NCBI GenBank assembly: GCA_001791995.1
Contig: MGFR01000001.1
Coordinates: 14,880-78,879, forward strand
Length of the DNA: 64,000 bases
Reading direction: 5' to 3'
Source of the DNA: Candidatus Woesebacteria bacterium RBG_13_46_13
GTDB lineage: Bacteria; Patescibacteriota; Microgenomatia; UBA8517
Made by a program: the position numbers and the translations under genes. Below, one piece after another: positions 1-9,571 of this stretch; position 1 is the first letter of the stretch; every line of letters begins with the position of its first letter. The notes under the pieces are model-generated. The model had not been told where the DNA came from, ran no database searches, and saw only the letters and a list, made by a program, of their open reading frames with translations.

Positions 1-225
1 GAAAGGGCTAAAATTGCGCCTGAAGTTAAAAGCAAACCGCCTCCGATGACCTGGAGACTGATTCCCGCCAAACCGGCCGGAACCGGCTCGTGGGTCTTGG
101 CACCGCAAACTACCCCGACTCCACCGCCGTAAACCTGAACCTCGACGCAGGTTTCTTCGGCATAAACGGGAGCGGCCTTAAAAAGACCGAGTGTCAAGAT
201 CGCTGCCAAAAGTAACTTTTTCATT
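1..225 (-). CDS. Partial small secreted protein (N-terminus in window, runs off the left edge). Signal peptide MKKLLLAAILTLGLFKAAPVYA, two Cys, then a Gly-rich hydrophobic C-terminal segment. Possible sortase substrate or pilin-like.
   Basis: I translated the minus strand myself starting at the ATG at 222-224: MKKLLLAAILTLGLFKAAPVYAEETCVEVQVYGGGVGVVCGAKTHEPVPAGLAGISLQVIGGGLLLTSGAILAL, open to position 1. It is not in the ORF track because it is truncated by the window edge. It lies directly downstream of a sortase gene on the same strand. Confidence 0.35.
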
Positions 226-273
226 CGAGTACGGAATTATAATCCATTATCCCATAACCTGTCAATCCAGCTT

Positions 274-972
274 CTAAACTTCCAAAAGTCTGGCGTATTT
301 AAAGATCCTGACCGACGAATTTAAGGCTTCGCAGGTATAGAGAATCAGGTCCCCGGAATAGTCGTTGATCTCTCCCCCTTCGCTTTGGGCGTAAACCTCG
401 TAGATATAGCGTCTTTGCTTCCAATAAACTTCCACCGTATCCCCGATCTTAAGCTTGGGGAGGTTATAGAAAGAGTTTTTCTTTCTAAAGGAGTTACTCC
501 AAACCAAGTATCCGTATCTGTGGGCCGCCAGGATGGTTGGTGTACTCCTGTCGGCAGGGGTCCCGAAATCGGAAACTCTCCAAGTCCCCTTTTTGAGAGC
601 CTGTTCGAAATTGTCTGCGGTTGCCTCTCCAATGGCCGTATCCACCCCGAGGGTAGGAATTTTGATTCTGGCTTCCTTGGTAATCTTGGCGTCAAAACGC
701 GGCTGAAAGGTCTTATCGATGACGGTAAAGGGTTTGCCCGGTTCGGTTACGTCTTTGACCAGAACCCTGGAGATTGCCTCCCCGGTTCCCTTGGTCAGGG
801 CAAACCAGGCCGACGGTAAGTACGAAGCCGTCAGAATGAGAACTCCGGCCACGGCGAGACCTTTAACGAGTTTTACCAGATTTTTGGGCAATGAAGTAAC
901 CACCTCGATGCTCTCAGGCAGAGGTTCGGGCTGATACGTATAGCAGTGATAGATTATTCCGTGACCTTGCAT
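274..972 (-). CDS. Sortase-family transpeptidase, membrane-anchored (track ORF 274..1137; start probably the Met at 970-972).
   Basis: N-terminal TM helix LAVAGVLILTASYLPSAWFAL. Sortase catalytic elements are present: His in TILAAHRYGY, TLXTC-like LILYTCE, and a downstream Arg. The long upstream extension of the track ORF has no support. Confidence 0.8.
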   Translation of the reverse strand: MQGHGIIYHCYTYQPEPLPESIEVVTSLPKNLVKLVKGLAVAGVLILTASYLPSAWFALTKGTGEAISRVLVKDVTEPGKPFTVIDKTFQPRFDAKITKEARIKIPTLGVDTAIGEATADNFEQALKKGTWRVSDFGTPADRSTPTILAAHRYGYLVWSNSFRKKNSFYNLPKLKIGDTVEVYWKQRRYIYEVYAQSEGGEINDYSGDLILYTCEALNSSVRIFKYARLLEV

Positions 973-1395
973 GTTTAATACCAAAATCGGCTCCACAAGG
1001 AACGGGTAGCACGCCTGCCCTACATGCCACCCGTCCCCTCTGGAGCCGAAGCTATTTATTCCATTAGGGTCTTGACAAAGTCTTTGGTTAAAGACTAGTC
1101 TATTTGTGATTTGTCTTGTAAACAAACCTGTCCTCAAGACAAGTCATCAAGAGCATTGCTGCTCGTGGCGAGTCCATCCTCTTAACACGATGAAAACCCA
1201 ACGGTAGCGATGCTCTTTTTTTGTTTAAGTACGAAAATAGTTTAACACCCGAAACCCTCTTTGTCAAAACCTATAATTTATTAGTTTTCACTAAATGCCC
1301 TTCCTATAGTAACAAGTGTTCAAAAACCGGCTTCAATCTTCGGTAATTATTTGGAGCTGAAAATAAATGTGGACAACTTGGGGAAAACCTGTAAC

Positions 1396-2700
1396 TTAGG
1401 CCAAAAGACCCTTGACAGCTTGGGAGACATACTTGTATTTTGCCTGGGTAACGGGTAGGCCGAATCCGAGGCGTCTAGCCTCCCTTACCCTTTTGGCCTC
1501 GGCAACCACTTCCCTGACCTCCCCCAATAGACCAACCTCACCTACCGCCACAACCTTGGGAGAAACCGCCTTGTCGTAAAAAGCGGAGGCAATCGAAAGG
1601 CAGATGGCCAGGTCACAGGCCGGCTCACGGACACTTATCCCCCCGGCCACGTTTACAAAAACATCGTATTCGTATAAAGGCATGCCTACCCGTCTGATAA
1701 GTACCGCCAGAAGCATTTCCAGCCTCCTGGCGTCAACCCCCTGGGCCGTGCGCTTGGGGAAGGCCATCTTGGTGGGAACCACCAGGCTTTGAATCTCCAC
1801 CAGCATCGGCCGGGTGCCGTTTAAGATGGAAGAGATGACACTTCCGGGGATTCCGGTCTTGCCTTTCTTGCTTAAAAATATCTTCTCGGCGTTATCCTGC
1901 GGGATAAGACCCTTCTCCTCCATGGAAAAGATCCCCACCTCATCTGTCGGCCCGAATCTGTTCTTGACCGCCCGGAGTAGCCTCAAAGACAGGCTTTTTT
2001 CGCCTTCGAACCAAAGAACGGTATCGACAATATGGGCCAAAACCGCCGGTCCGGCAACTGTTCCTTCTTTGGTCACATGCCCGACCATAAACAGAGGAAT
2101 ATTGCGCTGCTTGGCCAGCCTAAGAAGGCGTGAGGCACACTCCCTGACCTGACCCACCGAACCCGGAAGCCCGGTTAAATCATTGGTGTAAAAGGTTTGA
2201 ATCGAATCGATGATTACGGCCGTGGGTTGGTCTATTGTCTCGATGACCGCATCCACATCCGTTTCCTCCAACAGCTGAACGGCTTTATTCTTAATACCCA
2301 GCCTACGGCCCCGGAGGGCAATTTGCCCGGCGGATTCCTCCCCCGAGACATAAAAGACTTTTCCCAGCTTATCGGCCAACTGCAGAAGTAGAGTGGATTT
2401 ACCTATCCCCGGCTCCCCGGCGATTAAGATTACCTGTCCGGGCACAAGACCCCCGCCCAAAACCCTATCCAGCTCGGAGATTCTGGTTGAAATCCTCGCT
2501 GTTTTACTTGAAGAAATCGAAGAGAGGTTAACAGGCTTTGCCGCGCTTAGCCTTGTAGTTTTATTCTTTCCGCTTCTAGGCTCGCTGGTTACGGTTTCCA
2601 CCAAGGACCCCCAACTGCCGCAGTTGGGGCATTTTCCCGCCCAGCCCACTTGGGCATAGCCACACTGCTGACAAACATACTGGGAGTGAGCTTTGGCCAT
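1396..2700 (-). CDS. radA: DNA repair protein RadA/Sms
   Basis: N-terminal C4 zinc finger (CQQCGY...CPNCGSWGS), Walker A GEPGIGKSTLLLQ, and a Lon-like C-terminal domain. Length is 434 aa. Confidence 0.95.
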   Translation of the reverse strand: MAKAHSQYVCQQCGYAQVGWAGKCPNCGSWGSLVETVTSEPRSGKNKTTRLSAAKPVNLSSISSSKTARISTRISELDRVLGGGLVPGQVILIAGEPGIGKSTLLLQLADKLGKVFYVSGEESAGQIALRGRRLGIKNKAVQLLEETDVDAVIETIDQPTAVIIDSIQTFYTNDLTGLPGSVGQVRECASRLLRLAKQRNIPLFMVGHVTKEGTVAGPAVLAHIVDTVLWFEGEKSLSLRLLRAVKNRFGPTDEVGIFSMEEKGLIPQDNAEKIFLSKKGKTGIPGSVISSILNGTRPMLVEIQSLVVPTKMAFPKRTAQGVDARRLEMLLAVLIRRVGMPLYEYDVFVNVAGGISVREPACDLAICLSIASAFYDKAVSPKVVAVGEVGLLGEVREVVAEAKRVREARRLGFGLPVTQAKYKYVSQAVKGLLA

Positions 2701-2709
2701 TTGGGGCCA

Positions 2710-3093
2710 TTATACTACAGTGGTTTTGCCTTCGGTGGCCTCTTTTATTCTTTGCCTAATCGGAGAATTTTCGTCAAACATGGAGCCTAATCCCCTAGCC
2801 AAACTGACCCTATCCAACCTGCTGACATCATCCGTACCTTGAAATTGTCTAATAACCTCTGCCCTTCTGATAACCTCCCCCATAAATTTAGCTTCATACA
2901 TCAACTCCCCTGCCAGTTGAATCTCCCCAGAGGAAGGAAGGGGAGCAAAAATCAGGTTCCTGGCTTTAACCAGAAGATCCATTCTGAAAAGTCCAGCCTC
3001 TTCCAACATCTCGGGATCACACGCGAAATCCTTAGAGAACAAGGCTATTGCTTCTTCGTCTTCGGGTAGAAATTGAGTTGATCTTTCCGTCAT
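2710..3093 (-). CDS. Hypothetical small acidic protein, tandem paralog A.
   Basis: 127-aa ORF. It aligns with the adjacent 108-aa ORF: shared FAP...SS...EV.R.A..IRQ..G.D block. Confidence 0.5.
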   Translation of the reverse strand: MTERSTQFLPEDEEAIALFSKDFACDPEMLEEAGLFRMDLLVKARNLIFAPLPSSGEIQLAGELMYEAKFMGEVIRRAEVIRQFQGTDDVSRLDRVSLARGLGSMFDENSPIRQRIKEATEGKTTVV

Positions 3094-3097
3094 TAGA

Positions 3098-3424
3098 TTA
3101 AACCAGGGGTTCCTGGCCGATTTTATCTTGTGCCAAAAGGTGGTTACAGTAAGAGTCCATTCCTGTCAGTTGTCTTATTGCCTGTGCCTGTCGCATAACC
3201 TCCTCCATGATTGCGGCATCCTCGTTTAATCTCCTTACCAGTTCGGCCGAACTGTCGTTTTTGGGAGCAAACAGCAATATATGAGCTGCAGTGATGACGA
3301 GTCTGCCCTTGGCAGTAGCATATTCAATAAATGCTACCTCGTCCTGCCCGGCAAGTTCCCTGGCCAAAAAGGCAATATGTTCTCTTAGCTCTTCGTTAAA
3401 ATATGGTCTAGCTTGTTCTACCAT
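3098..3424 (-). CDS. Hypothetical small acidic protein, tandem paralog B.
   Basis: 108-aa ORF, paralogous to 2710..3093 (LLFAPKNDSSAELVRRL...EEVMRQAQAIRQLTGMD vs LIFAPLPSSGEIQLAGEL...GEVIRRAEVIRQFQGTD). Confidence 0.5.
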   Translation of the reverse strand: MVEQARPYFNEELREHIAFLARELAGQDEVAFIEYATAKGRLVITAAHILLFAPKNDSSAELVRRLNEDAAIMEEVMRQAQAIRQLTGMDSYCNHLLAQDKIGQEPLV

Positions 3425-3451
3425 AGTCAGGGGGTATTATATCAAACTATA

Positions 3452-4549
3452 TCACTTGTAGCCAATCGGCTTTGAAGTTAAGACCAATCCCAGGGATATT
3501 TTTTTGGTTTTTGTATCCAAATCCTGAACATAACAATCGATCTCTTCGCCTTCCGTGAATTTCTTTCCGGGAGGAATCTGGGTGATATGGACCAGCCCTT
3601 CTATCCCCGGCTCAAGTTCGATGAAGACTCCGAAGTCCGAGACCTTCACAACCTTGCCCCTAACTTTGGATTCGGCCTTGTATTTTTCTCCGATCTCTTC
3701 CCAGGGGTCTTTTTGGGCCTGCTTCAAGGACAGGGCGATTCTGCCGTCCTTGATGCCTAAAACTTTAACTTTGACTTTATCCCCCACCGAGACAATATCG
3801 GAAACTTGGATGACCTTGCCCCAGGCAAGCTCCGAAATATGGACCAGGCCTTCAACCAAAGGAGAATCCTTGCCCAAATCCAACTTGACAAAACAGCCGA
3901 AGCCGGCAACCGTGGTCACAACGCCGTCATAAAGGCTGCCTTCTTTAATCTTTTTAATCGCCTCTTTGGCTTTTTTGATATCTTCCGCCTCCGAGACCGC
4001 TTTTTCGGAAAGCACAACTTTGTTTGCCAGTTTATCCACGTCCAATACGACCGCCTTGAAATATTTCCCGACCAGTCCGTTGGTATCCTTATTGGCCTCT
4101 TTACCCAGCTGTGATCCAGGTATGAATCCCAATACTCCTTCGACATCAACCGTTACTCCCGAGGGGTTAACCCCTTTGCCGAATACCGCAACCGGCGTTC
4201 CGTCTCTCTGGGCCTGTTCGAGTCTCTCCCAAGAGGCATCAAAGGCCGCCTGCCTAAGCGACAAAAGAACCGTACCGTCTCGGGTTTCGGGAATTAAGAC
4301 CGTAGCCGTTACCTCATCCCCGATTTTAAGATTTTTAATCAAATCGCGGGCCTCGGTGAAGGCTTTCTCGGCCACTACTCCTTCGGCCTTGCCGCCGACA
4401 TCAAGAATTAAACTTGCGGGGCCTTTGGCCAGAATTTTTCCCCTGACCCTTTGGCCAGCGGAGAATGCTTTGACTTTGTTTTGGGCCATGGCAAGAAGCT
4501 CCGCCATGGTTTTCGGCTCTGAAGAGTTAGTCTTGGTAGTTTTGCTCAC
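3452..4549 (-). CDS. rpsA: 30S ribosomal protein S1, short four-S1-domain form
   Basis: Repeated S1 domains (GxV..G.V....G.FV.L ... GLVHISE). The 365-aa length is typical of CPR S1. It starts about 30 nt downstream of the 5S rRNA with an AAGGA RBS. Confidence 0.9.
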   Translation of the reverse strand: MSKTTKTNSSEPKTMAELLAMAQNKVKAFSAGQRVRGKILAKGPASLILDVGGKAEGVVAEKAFTEARDLIKNLKIGDEVTATVLIPETRDGTVLLSLRQAAFDASWERLEQAQRDGTPVAVFGKGVNPSGVTVDVEGVLGFIPGSQLGKEANKDTNGLVGKYFKAVVLDVDKLANKVVLSEKAVSEAEDIKKAKEAIKKIKEGSLYDGVVTTVAGFGCFVKLDLGKDSPLVEGLVHISELAWGKVIQVSDIVSVGDKVKVKVLGIKDGRIALSLKQAQKDPWEEIGEKYKAESKVRGKVVKVSDFGVFIELEPGIEGLVHITQIPPGKKFTEGEEIDCYVQDLDTKTKKISLGLVLTSKPIGYK

Positions 4550-4579
4550 TGATCATGTCCTTCTTTCTTTTTTGAGAGC

Positions 4580-4706
4580 ACTGTTCTGGCGATGAAGTAT
4601 TTTCGCGCCCAGTTGCCCGGGAACTATCGTCCTCGCTGAGGCGTTTGACTTCTGAGTTCGGAATGGGATCAGGTCGTTCCACCTCGCTCCAATCACCAGA
4701 ACAGTG
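4580..4706 (-). rRNA. rrf: 5S rRNA
   Basis: The minus-strand sequence contains the 5S core CCTGATCCCATTCCGAACTCAGAAGTCAAACGCC. The terminal helix CACTGTTCTGGTG pairs with CATCGCCAGAACAGTG. Ends are approximate within 5 nt. Confidence 0.8.
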
Positions 4707-4749
4707 CCCTCAACTAATGCTATTTTGTACTTTTAAATCTGAAGAGAAA

Positions 4750-7668
<2,919 letters not shown>

Positions 7669-7750
7669 TTTCTCTTCAGATTTTAAAGTACAAATCAAAC
7701 GTTAATGAGCAGTGGACAGCCCCGATATCAAATCGGGGCTCACCACTACC

Positions 7751-7827
7751 CACTGGTGGACCCGGGGAGAGTCGAACTCCCTGCCTCATCATTGCAAATG
7801 ATGCGTTCAAACCGGGTAAACTTCGGG
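7751..7827 (-). tRNA. tRNA-Ala (anticodon UGC), CCA encoded
   Basis: Minus strand: GGGCCCGAAGTTTACCCGGTTTGAACGCATCATTTGCAATGATGAGGCAGGGAGTTCGACTCTCCCCGGGTCCACCA. G3-U70 wobble pair in the acceptor stem, anticodon loop TTTGCAA. It lies about 80 nt upstream of the 23S. Confidence 0.9.
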
Positions 7828-7863
7828 CCCTCTGGGAACTTAAATTAGGCTGTTAGGTGCAAC

Positions 7864-7890
7864 TAAAAAACCGGCAATTGAAGCCGGTTT
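7864..7890 (-). terminator. Hairpin plus U-tract (intrinsic-terminator-like) in the leader of the tRNA-Ala/23S unit. It may be read through by rRNA antitermination.
   Basis: Minus strand AACCGGC-TTCAATT-GCCGGTT followed by TTTTTTAG. It is preceded by a boxA-like CACGCTTTTAAATTAAA. Confidence 0.35.
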
Positions 7891-7986
7891 AATTTAAAAG
7901 CGTGTTTGCTCCACGCAGTTTCCCGCGTGTTTATTTTGGAATATAAGAAACGCTTGTCATTAAATTTGCTTCAATTAGCAAGGCAT

Positions 7987-8016
7987 ATTATATAGGAGAA
8001 TTGCAAGAAGCGTCAA
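7987..8016 (-). promoter_or_regulatory. Strong sigma70-like promoter reading leftwards into tRNA-Ala/23S/5S.
   Basis: Minus strand: TTGACG (plus 8011-8016), 16-18 nt spacer, TATATAAT (plus 7987-7994). It lies between the end of the upstream minus-strand CDS (8092) and tRNA-Ala. Confidence 0.5.
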
Positions 8017-8091
8017 GGGGACAAAAGAACAGGGCCAGGAACCAGAAATCGCACGAGGCGAAACTGGGCCTGGCCCAAGCATCGAATCTTC

Positions 8092-8661
8092 TCACCAAGC
8101 CGCACAAACCTGATCCACAGCGCTCTCCCCCAAGACGGCACCTGCCAGTTCATCGACAAAGCAGTAGAGTGTGTCGTCTGGAAGGTGCATCGTCCAGGTT
8201 TCCCACGGCCTTCCGGGGATTTTTTCCCACTCTCTACCTGAAATTCGGTAATAGAGCTCGCCTCCCAAGCACTCGGGTGCGGGGAAATCATCCACAATGC
8301 AGTGGGCAGAATTCAACCGCCTCGTGGCTAGAAAGCGAATGGCCTCCCCCTCATCGGGTGCCTGGGAAGGGATGGCCTGCTGTCCGGCTTGCCGATGGAG
8401 ATCGAGCTCCTCCTGCTCCATGGCCAGAATGCTCTCTATCAGATCGAGCATCGCCGAATCTGAAGCAAACAGATCCGAAATGCTCTGCTCGTCGTTGGCC
8501 AGGCGCTGGTTGTTTAAAGTTATGTACTCACCTATATAGCCTAGCCCCTCGACGGTCAGACCCCTCGAGGCCTCAAGGCCTTCGACCTTGACCCACAAAC
8601 CCACAACGAACAGGGCCAAGACAATAACCGCAACTGCCAAGATCCAGGTGATCGCTTTCAT
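8092..8661 (-). CDS. Hypothetical membrane-anchored protein (N-terminal TM plus an extracytoplasmic domain of about 150 aa). GC is elevated.
   Basis: 189-aa ORF with TM WILAVAVIVLALFVVGLWV. GC is roughly high-50s percent by eye against a mid-40s background. The overlapping plus-strand ORFs 8001..8591 and 8297..8539 look like shadow ORFs. Confidence 0.55.
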   Translation of the reverse strand: MKAITWILAVAVIVLALFVVGLWVKVEGLEASRGLTVEGLGYIGEYITLNNQRLANDEQSISDLFASDSAMLDLIESILAMEQEELDLHRQAGQQAIPSQAPDEGEAIRFLATRRLNSAHCIVDDFPAPECLGGELYYRISGREWEKIPGRPWETWTMHLPDDTLYCFVDELAGAVLGESAVDQVCAAW

Positions 8662-8806
8662 GCTCCCCTCCTTTGGGAATCAGGTTTATGATTTCAGGGT
8701 GCAAGACTCCGCCAAATGCGGATGCCGAAGTATATCCTATAGATGTTATCAAATCAAACAGGGGCAGTAATCAATTCGCTTTCGCGAAAGGCACTTGCCC
8801 CCGAAC

Positions 8807-9340
8807 TTACTCTACCTGTCCATTGAAACGCTCAATGGCTACCAATATCCCCTCGCCGGTCCGGAAGAAGGCTGGAAGGCTCCATTCATCGGGAGAAACC
8901 ACATCTTGGGCACTTCCCGAGTCTGGATCGTACCAGGCGATGAGCAGATCCCCCGCTCCGATATTGGACAGCGTGGTTTCGGCGATAACCGTTCCGCCTT
9001 TCTCGCGCAAGCAGATGCGCAATTCCTCGCCAATAGGAACATTGACGTAGGTGTTGGCGTCGTAAGGCCCCACCCCCGAGTAGTCTTGCATCTCTCCGAT
9101 GGTGAAATACTCTCCCGCCTCTCCCCGGTGTCCGAAAAAGACCAACGCGTTGTTGTCTAACCCCCGGACCCGGGCCTCGAAGATCATCTGCCTAAACCAG
9201 GCAACGGCCTGCTCCCTCTCCAGACCCGAGACCCTGGCATCGACCGATGAAGCCCTCAAGCCCAGGGTGTAGAGATTGATAATCAACAACAGGAGCAACG
9301 AGTGCAGCAATATCAGGCCAACCTTCAACCACTTGTTCAT
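8807..9340 (-). CDS. Hypothetical membrane-anchored protein. GC is elevated.
   Basis: 177-aa ORF with TM LKVGLILLHSLLLLLIINLY and a GGAGGAG RBS 8 nt upstream. It sits upstream of and co-oriented with 8092..8661. Confidence 0.55.
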   Translation of the reverse strand: MNKWLKVGLILLHSLLLLLIINLYTLGLRASSVDARVSGLEREQAVAWFRQMIFEARVRGLDNNALVFFGHRGEAGEYFTIGEMQDYSGVGPYDANTYVNVPIGEELRICLREKGGTVIAETTLSNIGAGDLLIAWYDPDSGSAQDVVSPDEWSLPAFFRTGEGILVAIERFNGQVE

Positions 9341-9434
9341 TCTTCTCCTCCGGTTTTTAAAGGGCGAATTCGGCGTGGCTCAATATACACCCAAATTGTT
9401 TTCGAGGCAAAATTGTGCTAAATTATGCCAATCC

Positions 9435-9508
9435 CGGGCGATTGGTTCAGCGGTAGAACGCTTTCCTGATAAGAAAGAGGTGGATGGTTCGACTCCATCA
9501 TCGCCCAC
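9435..9508 (+). tRNA. tRNA-Ile (anticodon GAU)
   Basis: GGGCGATTGGTTCAGCGGTAGAACGCTTTCCTGATAAGAAAGAGGTGGATGGTTCGACTCCATCATCGCCCACC. Anticodon loop CTGATAA. This is the canonical rRNA-spacer tRNA, but it is on the opposite strand to the rRNA genes. Confidence 0.9.
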
Positions 9509-9571
9509 CCCATATCCCACGGGGAGTGTGCACTACAATTTAGCCAAACTCGCATATATAATAGAAATCGT

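Noticed and set aside
8001-8591. 196-aa plus-strand ORF, and others such as 12117..12395, 12588..12944 and 12623..13177, in GC-rich DNA.
   Set aside because: High-GC sequence generates long shadow ORFs. These overlap better-supported genes on the opposite or alternate frame and have Arg/Pro/Ala-rich junk composition.
9396-9425. Promoter for the plus-strand tRNA-Ile (TTGTTT-N18-AATTAT).
   Set aside because: The match to consensus is poor. I mention it only in the rRNA finding and do not list it as a feature.
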